From NCBI GenBank assembly GCA_963701665.1, contig OY969622.1, positions 160,001-224,000 on the forward strand: 64,000 nucleotides of DNA, given 5' to 3'. The notes below the pieces were generated by a model. The model ran no database searches and was not told the DNA's origin. It saw only the letters and a list, made by a program, of their open reading frames with translations. The translations under genes were made by a program, and so were the position numbers. Shown here one piece after another: positions 39,471 to 48,841 of the stretch (position 1 is the first letter of the stretch; every line of letters starts with the position of its first letter). The stretch comes from Candidatus Babeliales bacterium (GTDB lineage Bacteria > Babelota > Babeliae > Babelales > JANWKD01).

Positions 39471-39642
39471 TTTTAACATACAAGGAGCATAGCGACGTAG
39501 GGATCCAGTCTTTAAAATGAAAAACCTTATCAGACTGGATTCCTACGACAACTTCGTTGTCTCAGAATGACGTCTTTTCTCTAGGCATATTTTTCTCGTG
39601 TGTTGAATGTTTATTGAATTTTAGGAATAGATCTAAGCAAAA

Positions 39643-40188
39643 TTAAGAGTTTCTTTGCAAGAAAAAATGAACGCATACTTGACCAGATGCCATGGTAACT
39701 GGATGCATGCTCGTAAGATGCAAAGAAGCAGTCGATGTATGTTTTTGTAGCTCTTGTAAAAAATGTGTTAAGGAAGAAAATGATAATGCTTGTCCATGAA
39801 GTTCGCCTATCGTTTCATGGGCGTATTCAAAATTAGTTATGCAGATGTCCGCTGGCAACGTTCGTATAAGCTTATCAAAATCTGTTAAGAAAACTGCTTT
39901 TTTAGCAGTGAGCGCCGTAAGGTCATGTATTTTATGTTCAAGTTCAGCGCATCTTTTTTCATGTTCAATGAGTGTATGATCATCGATCATCGTGCACACA
40001 GGATGTAAGACGATATACTGATTTTTGAGCAAGCTCATCTGCCAATACCAATATGCGGTATAAGCTCCTAACGCAGTTATGAGACAACCAGTAAGTATTA
40101 AAGAATAGGTATACCATCTCATGCACGCGTTAAATTCATGTGGCTGCATTGGATTAATGAGGGTGGCTGCGTTACTGCGAATTTTCAT
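39643..40188 (-). CDS. PilN-like protein
   Basis: One TM helix, coiled coil, LPADI.IT.F, L.GQA.S...L..F...L. Confidence 0.6.
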   Translation of the reverse strand: MKIRSNAATLINPMQPHEFNACMRWYTYSLILTGCLITALGAYTAYWYWQMSLLKNQYIVLHPVCTMIDDHTLIEHEKRCAELEHKIHDLTALTAKKAVFLTDFDKLIRTLPADICITNFEYAHETIGELHGQALSFSSLTHFLQELQKHTSTASLHLTSMHPVTMASGQVCVHFFLQRNS

Positions 40189-40849
40189 AACTATGTTTTC
40201 CTAGTAAAAAAAGACCGACATGTCCTGCATTTATTTCTTTTTTCTCATGATTCAAAAGATGTATGCCCGATTGATGGGTTAGATACTGTTCAAGCGCGTG
40301 ACTTCGATAGGTGTTTAATGAAGATAACGCCGTTGGCCATTCTTGTGTAGCACTATTGAGTGCGGTGATGGCACCATTGATTGAACTTACCAAACAACAG
40401 GAAAATGATGTTTGCAGGGCGAGTAATTGATACTGCATCAAATGCTCTCGTCTCATGCCAAAAAGATACACGTGCGCGTGCTCATGCGCGTGTGTTGGCA
40501 TAACGATCGCGTTCCATACCAATGATGATGGTAAATACTGTGCACCATCAAAAGAAGCGAGTGCATCGCGCCCAATAGGAACTATACGTTCGTGCACAGC
40601 TGCGCCCTCAATGCCGATTGCAACATAGCATGAGCCTGCTGCGTGGTGGGTTAAAAATGATGCAATATATTTTTTTAGTGCAGAACTATTAAAAATAATT
40701 CCTTGGTGAAACTCGGAACGTGCGAGTACTACGGTTTTACATACTTTTTGATAGGCTGATACGCCAAATTCAAACATGCTCATGCTGAGTATTGTATCGC
40801 TGAGCAGAAGCGTGATTAATTTTTTAGGTTTTGAAAACAGATGCCACAC
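40172..40849 (-). CDS. divergent PilM-like protein
   Basis: GIIFN, VAI.I.G..V.ER.V pattern; upstream of and overlapping the PilN-like gene. Confidence 0.45.
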   Translation of the reverse strand: MWHLFSKPKKLITLLLSDTILSMSMFEFGVSAYQKVCKTVVLARSEFHQGIIFNSSALKKYIASFLTHHAAGSCYVAIGIEGAAVHERIVPIGRDALASFDGAQYLPSSLVWNAIVMPTHAHEHAHVYLFGMRREHLMQYQLLALQTSFSCCLVSSINGAITALNSATQEWPTALSSLNTYRSHALEQYLTHQSGIHLLNHEKKEINAGHVGLFLLGKHSYENSQ

Positions 40850-40893
40850 ACACTAACCTTATTTTATTTTTTGGTATTACCGTCAGCCAAAAA

Positions 40894-41059
40894 TGTCTTC
40901 CCGAGGCTTTAGCCCTTCTTCGCTGAAGCTTCGCAGGGTTCAGAACCGTGGGGACCTGTTCTTCGAAGTTTTAACGAAGGAGAATCCAAACTTTAATAAC
41001 TTCCTTAAAAATGAATTGATTTTATAAGCTGGGTTGCCACGCATTCGCTCGCAATGACA
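40894..41059. repeat. REP-like doublet with two nested palindromic insertions
   Basis: Matches the reverse complement of 43826-43931 apart from insertions at about 40913-40938 and 40955-40984. Confidence 0.85.
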
Positions 41060-41172
41060 ATTCTCGTTTCAATATGCATTTCCTTTGGCAAAGTTACCAT
41101 CAAATTCGCGCTTTTATTACTATTATTACTGTAAGCACATTCAAAGCTTGGTTGCAAGAGAATATACAGCTG

Positions 41173-42063
41173 TTATTTATAAAATCCACAAACAACGCGA
41201 TCGCGTCCGGCTAGATCGGTGATGATTCGAACATTTTCATAGCCGTACTGTTTAAAAAGTTGCTGTACTGCATTACCTTGTGCATAGCCGATTTCGCAAT
41301 AAAGATTGCCTAAACGCGCGTTTTCTAATGTTTGATTATCGGTTAAACGCGCGCGAGCATCTTGAACGAGCGCTTGTATGATAGCTAGGCCATTATCGTG
41401 CGCAACGAGTGCTGTTCGATCTTCCCACTGCGTTACGGAGGCTTCGAGGTGAGCATATTCTTGCTCACTAATATACGGCGGATTGCTCACAATCAGATCA
41501 AAAGTAAGATCCGAGGGTAGTTGCGCAAAAAGATCCGAGTGCACAAAAATGACATTGCGTATGGTATTGTGACGCGCGTTTTCTTGTGCGAGCTCAAGCG
41601 CTTGTTCTTGTATGTCGACGGCATATATTGTTGCATGCGGCAACGCGTGAGCGAGTGCTAATGCGATGGCGCCAGAACCGGTGCACATATCAAGAATACA
41701 TAATTTTTTTTCTGAAAGTTTTTTAAGCTGTTGCGCAAGATGCATGACCCATTCTTCTGTTTCAGGACGTGGAATCAAAATGGGCGGTTTGATAAGAATT
41801 TCAAGTTCACCAAAAGGAACTGAACCCAGCATGTAGGCGAGTGGTTTGTCTTCATCACGATGTTGTTTGATGAGAGCAACAAGTTGCTCTAATTGTTCGC
41901 GTGTGAGTTGTAATGTCGGAGATGCAATGAGGCGCGTGCGTTCAATACCCGTGACCTTTTGCAGTAAAAGCAACGCAACGCTATATTGCTCATCGGGAGT
42001 ATGATAGAGGGAAGCCAATTCTTGGCACATTTTTTGAAGAATATCTGCATACGAATTTTTCAT
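41173..42063 (-). CDS. prmC: release factor glutamine methyltransferase
   Basis: PLAYMLG, LIPRPETE, LDMCTGSGAIA, SNPPYI, EIGYAQ. Confidence 0.95.
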   Translation of the reverse strand: MKNSYADILQKMCQELASLYHTPDEQYSVALLLLQKVTGIERTRLIASPTLQLTREQLEQLVALIKQHRDEDKPLAYMLGSVPFGELEILIKPPILIPRPETEEWVMHLAQQLKKLSEKKLCILDMCTGSGAIALALAHALPHATIYAVDIQEQALELAQENARHNTIRNVIFVHSDLFAQLPSDLTFDLIVSNPPYISEQEYAHLEASVTQWEDRTALVAHDNGLAIIQALVQDARARLTDNQTLENARLGNLYCEIGYAQGNAVQQLFKQYGYENVRIITDLAGRDRVVCGFYK

Positions 42064-42079
42064 GATGTTTTAGTATAAC

Positions 42080-42113
42080 AAAAAAAGCCCACACCGTTAA
42101 TGTGAGCTTTTTT
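42080..42113 (-). terminator. intrinsic terminator
   Basis: AAAAAAGCCCACA/TGTGAGCTTTTTT hairpin. Confidence 0.6.
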
Positions 42114-42132
42114 CAAGATCGTTAACAAAAAT

Positions 42133-42657
42133 TTATTTTTTGAACAAATGGTTGAGTGTGGCATAGGTTGCTATGCTTAAGGTGCTAAAGAATAAAGCAG
42201 ATTTTATCGGGTTTCGTTGCAGTATTGACATCTTGCTTTCGTATTCTTTAATAGCATTATGTGCTGCACTCTGTTCTATAATTTCTTTTTCACTCATGTT
42301 AAGCAACTTTGTATAAGGAAGTGTATGTAGATCATTGGATGTAATTAAAATATATGCTTTGCCTTCGTTTTCATCTGTGAAATAATTTGTGTTACGGTCT
42401 AAGGTCAATTCATGTACATATGCATAACTTACCTCATCATCAGGGGCTTCCGCTGGAGCTAATCGCGCAAAAAGAATTTTTTGTGTATCTAATTTTACTT
42501 TTTTTTGTCGCGGTTTAAGGGATTGTTCTTCATCTTGCATACCATGTGTTGTTTGTGCGACTTGCATACAATGAGTTGACTGTGCAATAAAAGTGCCAAC
42601 AAAAAATACCATACATAAGTTCATTATTTTCATTGCTATCTCCTTAGTTAAAGACAA
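42133..42657 (-). CDS. secreted hypothetical protein with C-terminal hydrophobic tail
   Basis: Signal peptide THC-M; PRQKKVK motif; terminal TM segment. Confidence 0.7.
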   Translation of the reverse strand: MSLTKEIAMKIMNLCMVFFVGTFIAQSTHCMQVAQTTHGMQDEEQSLKPRQKKVKLDTQKILFARLAPAEAPDDEVSYAYVHELTLDRNTNYFTDENEGKAYILITSNDLHTLPYTKLLNMSEKEIIEQSAAHNAIKEYESKMSILQRNPIKSALFFSTLSIATYATLNHLFKK

Positions 42658-42714
42658 AAATATCGTGAAGAAATACTACCTTGAGCAGCTTTATAAGTTC
42701 AATATTTTGGTAAT

Positions 42715-43731
42715 TTAAGCATTTTCATCTGCAGCTAATGGCTGTATGATTTTTAAATTCCCTGTAAGTCTTGCTTGTGCTTTAAGAGCAGCTTGCTCCG
42801 ATAATGTATCTTCTAAAATAGTGGGTAAAGGCCGCGGTGAACCATTTTCTTCATCGGTGGTAGGGTCATCAAGATTTACATATCCTCCTACGCGGGGTGT
42901 GCCAGTTTGAGGCCGGGAAAGAGCGTTTCTGAATGATCCCTTTTTTCTTTTTTTCTTGTGCTTTTTCTCTTTTGTTATTTTTTCTTTGCCTTTGTTTCTT
43001 GACTCTTTTTCTTGCTCTTTTTCTTTAAAAAAATCTCTAGGTGAAGCAAGCTCTAGTGAATGTCTTTTGCGTGGGGAAATTTCTACTTGATTAAATGCAT
43101 CCATAAGAGAATCAAGTTTTTTATTAATATTATGTGAGTGATCATCCCTAGTATCGATACTCTTTACCACCGTTAATAGTAGTAGTCTGGTTTGCTTTAC
43201 GAATTCATCATTTTTTCTAAATTTTTCATTGATCCTTTTGATTGCTTTTTTTAACGATTCGCCCTCGAGTTCTTCATCCATAAAAGTTTCAACGACGAGT
43301 AATTCTGCATGCAAATCATTGATCTTGCGGTTATCAGGATTCAATGCTTGTAGTTCGCCTATAGAAAGCGCATTTGCTACAATTCTTTCATCCTGTTCCT
43401 GTAATCTTGCGTTAACTTTATGGCTCAATTGATTTAGATTAATTACATCATCGCGGATAGGTACAATTTCGGCTTTTGTCGCCGTCTTTTTGCCAAATAA
43501 CCATGATCGAATGCCGATATATGTTTCAATAAAACAACAGGTGCCAACTAAAAATGCTGGTATTTTTATTGCCAAGTGTGCTTCATCAAATTTTTTAATA
43601 CAATCCTGCCAGACTTGCGTAATCTGTTCACTTGAAAACGAATCCTTTAGGGTATCAAAAAACTGCATTCCTTGCAGTGATGATGCATATGAGAAAATGA
43701 TAAAAAACGATGCGATTAGAAATTTTTTCAT
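42715..43731 (-). CDS. secreted coiled-coil protein with Lys-rich segment
   Basis: Signal peptide LQG-M; one TM segment; KEKKHKKKRKK. Confidence 0.75.
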   Translation of the reverse strand: MKKFLIASFFIIFSYASSLQGMQFFDTLKDSFSSEQITQVWQDCIKKFDEAHLAIKIPAFLVGTCCFIETYIGIRSWLFGKKTATKAEIVPIRDDVINLNQLSHKVNARLQEQDERIVANALSIGELQALNPDNRKINDLHAELLVVETFMDEELEGESLKKAIKRINEKFRKNDEFVKQTRLLLLTVVKSIDTRDDHSHNINKKLDSLMDAFNQVEISPRKRHSLELASPRDFFKEKEQEKESRNKGKEKITKEKKHKKKRKKGSFRNALSRPQTGTPRVGGYVNLDDPTTDEENGSPRPLPTILEDTLSEQAALKAQARLTGNLKIIQPLAADENA

Positions 43732-43825
43732 TGACGTGCCTCATTAAGTGTCTCTTTCTTTCATCCTTTTTTAACAGGATGCTTAATAAAAAGCAAATTT
43801 TTTATGATAAGCACCGTTAGAAAAT

Positions 43826-43931
43826 TGTCATTGCGAGCGAATGCGTGGCAATCCAGATAATAAAATTAATTCCTTAAAGGAATCTATTAAAGTTCTGGAT
43901 CTCCCACGGCGCTCTGCGCCTCGGGATGACA
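43826..43931. repeat. REP-like doublet
   Basis: TGTCATTGCGAGC..CGTGGCAATCCAG-spacer-CTGGATCTCCCACGG..CCTCGGGATGACA. Confidence 0.88.
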
Positions 43932-43952
43932 TGGTGAATATGATAAGAACCG

Positions 43953-44834
43953 TTAAAAAAGGTTTTTTATAAAAGAGGCTGCATCAAATTGTTCAAAATC
44001 TCCAAGCGTTTCGCCATGAGAAATATATCTGACCGGCACCTGGAGTTCATGCATGATAGAAAAAATAATACCGCCTTTAGCAGTTCCATCCATTTTAGTC
44101 AGTATAATGCCATCAAGGGTTGTGCTCTCATTAAAGAGGCGTGCTTGTTCAAAAGAATTTTGCCCTAGGAGTGCATCAACGGTGAGCAATGTGGTAATCG
44201 GGTGATTAGGTAGCTGGGCAGTAATAATGCGGCGCATCTTCTCAAGTTCTTTCATGAGATTCACTTTTGTTTGCAGACGGCCGGCAGTATCAATAATAAG
44301 AATATCAGCAGCGTTATTTTTGAATTGTTGGCACGCGGTAAAAACGACTGATGCCGGATCTTGCCCTTCTTTGCCCGTAACAATGTCTGCATGCGTACGT
44401 GTTGCCCATGTTTGTAGTTGTGCTGTTGCGGCAGCACGGAAAGTATCAGCAGCTGCAAGAAGTACCTTTTTGCCTTGTGCGGCATAGAGATGTGCTAATT
44501 TGCCTGCGCACGTTGTTTTTCCACTCCCATTAATGCCCACGAGCAAAAATACCTGCGAGGGTTGCCAAGGTGAGGTTTTGAGAGAACGCGCGAGTTCTTG
44601 TTCAACAATTTTTTTTACCTCAGCGCCCGATAACGAGGTTCCACTTTTGTGAACCGCACGTACCGCATCAATGATCGAGCGTGTTGTTGGAACACCAACA
44701 TCTGCACGTATCAGGAGATGTTCAAGCTCTTTTATGGCTTCTTCATCGATGGTTGCCTGAGAAAAAATGCCAGTTATTTTTGCGCTAAACGAAGAATAAA
44801 AGGTGGAAAGGGTATCTTTTATAAAATTAAACAC
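43953..44834 (-). CDS. ftsY: SRP receptor FtsY
   Basis: GINGSGKTT, DTFRAAA, DTAGRLQT, TKMDGTAKGG; likely GTG start at 44834. Confidence 0.96.
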   Translation of the reverse strand: MFNFIKDTLSTFYSSFSAKITGIFSQATIDEEAIKELEHLLIRADVGVPTTRSIIDAVRAVHKSGTSLSGAEVKKIVEQELARSLKTSPWQPSQVFLLVGINGSGKTTCAGKLAHLYAAQGKKVLLAAADTFRAAATAQLQTWATRTHADIVTGKEGQDPASVVFTACQQFKNNAADILIIDTAGRLQTKVNLMKELEKMRRIITAQLPNHPITTLLTVDALLGQNSFEQARLFNESTTLDGIILTKMDGTAKGGIIFSIMHELQVPVRYISHGETLGDFEQFDAASFIKNLF

Positions 44835-44934
44835 GGGGAAACAACTTGATTTTAAAGTATGACTTGTACTCTTAGTATACACTTTTTTATACTAAAGGTA
44901 AAAATTACCTAAAAAAGGGCAATAGGGGGGCATT

Positions 44935-46173
44935 ATGAAATTCATAGTATCTTTGGTGTGTACGTTATTAATAACAGCATCGCTTTTCTCCGAACCTTTA
45001 GAAGATTCCTTGGGAAACTTGATTAGTTCTTTAAAAATGCTAGAAAACGGTATGCAAATTCAAAGACCGGAGGCATACGCAGTTGGGGGATTTAATCAAC
45101 CTGCTATGGTTCAGCAATTTACTGGCCCTTCGCGTGAAACATGTGGCACTCGTTATTTTGCTGGCGGCACGATTATTATAAATAGAACTAAAAAGGATAA
45201 AATTCTTTGTGTATTGCGAGGGTATAGAGATTTTTATTTTGGCAAATGGGATAAAGAAGATGAAAATCTTCTGCATGAATTGGCCGGCGAACAATCTTTG
45301 GATGATGTTAATATGTATGAAGTTTTTACGGATGTTTCCTGGTCACATTTTAAAGGAGGAAACGTGAATGTTAATATCTATTCTTCCCGAAAACCAAGCT
45401 ATCTTCTTGTGTGGTCAAAAGACAACTCTAGCGTTCAACGAAAGATAAAAGAGCTTCTTTTTGTAGTGCTGGGGAACAAACCGCTCAACAAATATTTAGT
45501 TCAGCATCTGCTTGGGTATAATGATGAAGATATAAAGAAAGCGTATGAAATAAAATATCCACTCGATCAACAAAAATTTACTACCGATAGAAGTCTTGCT
45601 CAAAGAGCACACGAAGACTTCATGGCAAACGACTATTCTCTGGAGAAAGTTATCAAGCAGGGTATTTTATTAAAACCAGTTTTCAACGAACCCTACACGC
45701 CATTTAGTGGATTTCCCTTCACTTCAGGAATGCAGCAGTCTTCTACGGGTTTTTCGGTACAGTACATGCTCCCACAAACACAATCACAATTAGAGTGTGC
45801 TGTGAGTACAGAAGAACGAGGAGGATACATGCAAGATGTGTTTTTAGGCAAAATGAAACTTTATTTTGGATATTATCCCGAGGATAAAACGATTTTTCAG
45901 GAGCTTAAAAAGCAATATCCAGCAACATCATTAAATATTATTATTCAAAACGATCAGCTTATTTTTTATAACGTGGGTGATGTAGCAGCACACAATGCCG
46001 CGCAGATGCTCTTAAAGGCTCTTAAAAATAACGTAATCAATGATTACTTGTATAGAAAATTGCAGGGACTTAGTGAATCGTCTATTAAGAGTTTGTATCA
46101 AAGATGTAATTTTAGTGCTAGAAAGTTCCAGGACGATAAAAAAGCAGCTCATGAATTCATGCAAAGAAAATAG
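44935..46173 (+). CDS. secreted hypothetical protein with internally duplicated domain
   Basis: Signal peptide; two copies of N.YL...L.G.....IK..Y.......KF..D..(n)AHE(D)FM. Confidence 0.75.
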   Translation: MKFIVSLVCTLLITASLFSEPLEDSLGNLISSLKMLENGMQIQRPEAYAVGGFNQPAMVQQFTGPSRETCGTRYFAGGTIIINRTKKDKILCVLRGYRDFYFGKWDKEDENLLHELAGEQSLDDVNMYEVFTDVSWSHFKGGNVNVNIYSSRKPSYLLVWSKDNSSVQRKIKELLFVVLGNKPLNKYLVQHLLGYNDEDIKKAYEIKYPLDQQKFTTDRSLAQRAHEDFMANDYSLEKVIKQGILLKPVFNEPYTPFSGFPFTSGMQQSSTGFSVQYMLPQTQSQLECAVSTEERGGYMQDVFLGKMKLYFGYYPEDKTIFQELKKQYPATSLNIIIQNDQLIFYNVGDVAAHNAAQMLLKALKNNVINDYLYRKLQGLSESSIKSLYQRCNFSARKFQDDKKAAHEFMQRK

Positions 46174-46177
46174 TAGT

Positions 46178-46867
46178 TTATTGGCGAGATTGCCACAAGG
46201 AATGGGCGAACCAACCGGATGCGACGCCCGCAACGCCCACAGAGCATGCGACTAAAGGGGTTTGATACCTCTTAAACCAGTTTTCCTTAGGCTTAATAGG
46301 TTCTGCTTGCAGTTGTTTACAACGCGAACATGATGTGGGCTCAGGTTCTTTGACTTCGAAACTTCGTAGGGGAGGATAATTGTTGTCATCTTCTTCTTCA
46401 GACGTTTCATCTTTGCGTGGTGGTAAAAGTCCCTTATACGTTACATACTGTGTTTTCATTTTTTTTTCTCTCTTTTTGCGAATCTTTTCTTGCTTCATTG
46501 CATGCTGAACTGCTCTTTTTTCCAACCGACGAATATCCCATTCTATGGTGGGTTCTTCAAGAGAATTGTTGAAATTTAGCCTGGGAAGAAATTGATCTAA
46601 GGTGCTATGTTCTTCAATAGGCGTTTGAGAAACAACTTTGATGGTTATAGTGCATTTATCGAGATGTTTAAACACTAAATCTACCGTTGTATCTTGGTGA
46701 GCAGCAATTTCTTGTACTTTGCCATATAAAAAATCTGAACAAAATGGAAAAAAATAAGCAGCTGTTTTAGGATTTAAGCGTGCGATATATTTTTTATTTG
46801 TTTGCATTGGCAATAGTGTACATGAGAAGAGAAGCGCGATTAATAATAAAAGCATTTTCTTTTTCAT
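46178..46867 (-). CDS. secreted protein with C-terminal hydrophobic tail
   Basis: Signal peptide LLP-M; terminal TM segment. Confidence 0.75.
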   Translation of the reverse strand: MKKKMLLLLIALLFSCTLLPMQTNKKYIARLNPKTAAYFFPFCSDFLYGKVQEIAAHQDTTVDLVFKHLDKCTITIKVVSQTPIEEHSTLDQFLPRLNFNNSLEEPTIEWDIRRLEKRAVQHAMKQEKIRKKREKKMKTQYVTYKGLLPPRKDETSEEEDDNNYPPLRSFEVKEPEPTSCSRCKQLQAEPIKPKENWFKRYQTPLVACSVGVAGVASGWFAHSLWQSRQ

Positions 46868-46878
46868 GTTAGCCTTTC

Positions 46879-47322
46879 TTATTGTTTGTTGTTTTCAAAC
46901 CAATAAACGAGTGCAGCAGCCGTAAAAGCTCCTGTCGCAAAAGCTACCGCAGCGGTCGTACGGGGATATTTATCGATGTATGGCACTTCAAGAATGTATC
47001 TCTCATTGTCATTATCTATCTTGAGTTCTTGATGGCGCCAGCCAATTTGCATCATATATTTCCACACGCGGGTTAATTCTTTATCACGCAAACTGACATA
47101 CCACGTAGATCCTTGTGTAGTTGAAATGCGCTTAAAATTTTCTTGTTCAACCGGGAGCCAAATAGTTTCGTTGCCAAGACACGTTGAGCATAGAGCAATC
47201 TGAGTAGGATAAACTTCTGTTGGGGCAGCAGACTTTTTTTTGAACCAACTCATGGCTGAAGTATGGATAGGCGCAAGCAAAAATAAACTAAATAGTATGC
47301 ATAAAAATTGATTTTTCATCAC
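46879..47322 (-). CDS. secreted protein with C-terminal hydrophobic tail
   Basis: Signal peptide TSA-M; KYP then TM segment. Confidence 0.75.
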   Translation of the reverse strand: MMKNQFLCILFSLFLLAPIHTSAMSWFKKKSAAPTEVYPTQIALCSTCLGNETIWLPVEQENFKRISTTQGSTWYVSLRDKELTRVWKYMMQIGWRHQELKIDNDNERYILEVPYIDKYPRTTAAVAFATGAFTAAALVYWFENNKQ

Positions 47323-47367
47323 GATGCCTTTTTATAGTTACTAGTGTACTTAAACTTTATGCTAGAA

Positions 47368-47400
47368 AAAAGAGCTTGCTCAAAATGAACAAGCTCTTTT
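47368..47400 (-). terminator. intrinsic terminator, duplicated at about 49311-49346
   Basis: AAAAGAGCTTG..CAAGCTCTTTT hairpin. Confidence 0.7.
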
Positions 47401-47425
47401 AGTAAAAAATTGTGATGTTTTTTAA

Positions 47426-48343
47426 TTACTGTTTACTGCCAAAATAACCAGCAGCAGTGCAAACAACTGCGGTAGTAAGCACCGCGCTTGCAAGAATTGT
47501 TTTTGGATGTCGAACAATGAGAGATTGTGTTTCGCGCATCTCCTGGTGGCCAATTATTATGCCTGCGCCAAAATACAGCAAATTGTTTTCATCTAAATCC
47601 CTTTTAATTTCCAGTGGCGGAATAATTCGCGTTTTTTCTTGCCCCATATGAAGCTCATCGGCAATTTGTTGTTGCTTGAATATACGAGCTAAGGCTGGTG
47701 CTAGTTCATCGATATTGAGAGCAACGTGCGTGTTATCTTTATTTTTAATATTTTTTCTATAATGTTTTACTCCTAAATCAACAGAATGCAATTCTACTTC
47801 GTTGCCATCGTGTCCCGGGGAATAGACTGAGATGGCGGTTGGTATTTCTTGCTGCCCTTTTAAAAATCCTGCGTGATGATACATCTTATTATTCAAGGAT
47901 ATAATCGTCTCAATTTCTTCTGGAATATTACATTGATTGTTGTTTTGTTGTGGATTTAATGCTTTGTCTTGCAATGTTGTAAAAAGGCGTTCAAAAAGGG
48001 GTCCTAATGTATTGATATCAAGTAAAATTTCAATTTCGCCACCGCCTTGGAGAAAAGCTTCACGGTTTAACTGAATACGATCCCAATTTTTTAATTCATG
48101 CTCTTGCGAATATATTTGGATACTTATTGAAGATACTTTTGGTTTTTTTTCATAACCAGGTTCATCATTGTTGACTGCTTTAATATCGTCTGGGGTGAAA
48201 ACCCAACTTGAGAATCCTCCCGTTGACATACGTAAATCACTTTCAGGAGCGACTTCTCCAACTGCTTCATCCATTGCGTCTAGGGTTGTAAAAGCGTTTG
48301 CAAACAAACCCCCCGCTATCACGATGAAAAAAAGTTTTTTCAT
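47426..48343 (-). CDS. secreted paralog-family protein with C-terminal hydrophobic tail
   Basis: Signal peptide LDA-M; IKAVNNDEPGY shared with 48356; RHPK then TM segment. Confidence 0.8.
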   Translation of the reverse strand: MKKLFFIVIAGGLFANAFTTLDAMDEAVGEVAPESDLRMSTGGFSSWVFTPDDIKAVNNDEPGYEKKPKVSSISIQIYSQEHELKNWDRIQLNREAFLQGGGEIEILLDINTLGPLFERLFTTLQDKALNPQQNNNQCNIPEEIETIISLNNKMYHHAGFLKGQQEIPTAISVYSPGHDGNEVELHSVDLGVKHYRKNIKNKDNTHVALNIDELAPALARIFKQQQIADELHMGQEKTRIIPPLEIKRDLDENNLLYFGAGIIIGHQEMRETQSLIVRHPKTILASAVLTTAVVCTAAGYFGSKQ

Positions 48344-48355
48344 TACTTGGTTCTC

Positions 48356-48760
48356 CTATTTTTTTCCAGCGAGACCACGAATATAAAAATCGCGACTGAA
48401 GTCCTCAAATGTTTCTCGCAGTGCAACAGGAATTTTATTTGATTTTGCACTATTTGGCGTGTAGGATTCTTCTCGATATGCGTCGCAAAGCTTAGCAAAA
48501 ATTGGCAGTACCAGCTCAAGAGGAAGCTTGATGTGTTCTTGTCCCTGTTCTACGGAAAAATGTTTCTCATCTAAGGGGATACTAAGCGATGGATATTCAA
48601 CAATAGTAATAATCTTTTTAGGATTACTATCATAACCTGGTTCATCATTGTTAATGGCTTTAATGTTTGGACGGGCATTTTTTGTTTCCATCGCATCTAT
48701 TTTTGCAAAAACAGTTATCAATAAACTACCTAATGTGAAAATAAAGAAAAATTTTTTCAC
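48356..48760 (-). CDS. secreted paralog-family protein (single domain)
   Basis: Signal peptide IDA-M; IKAINNDEPGY. Confidence 0.75.
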   Translation of the reverse strand: MKKFFFIFTLGSLLITVFAKIDAMETKNARPNIKAINNDEPGYDSNPKKIITIVEYPSLSIPLDEKHFSVEQGQEHIKLPLELVLPIFAKLCDAYREESYTPNSAKSNKIPVALRETFEDFSRDFYIRGLAGKK

Positions 48761-48841
48761 GTATACCTCATGTGTTAAAAATGATTATGTCACAGAAAGT
48801 ATAGGAAACTTTATTGATAAATCAAATAAGAAATAGCTTGC

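Larger units (their letters stand above)
38284..39484 (-). mobile_element. IS110-family (IS621-like) insertion sequence, complete
   Basis: CT core at both junctions, 8-bp subterminal inverted repeats TTTTAACA/TGTTAAAA, short right end, ~225-bp non-coding left end. Confidence 0.93.
38274..39571. repeat. REP-like doublet interrupted by the IS110 element (halves 38274-38285 and 39485-39571)
   Basis: Joining the halves reconstitutes a close reverse-complement match to the intact copy at 57705-57803, including flanks. Confidence 0.88.
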
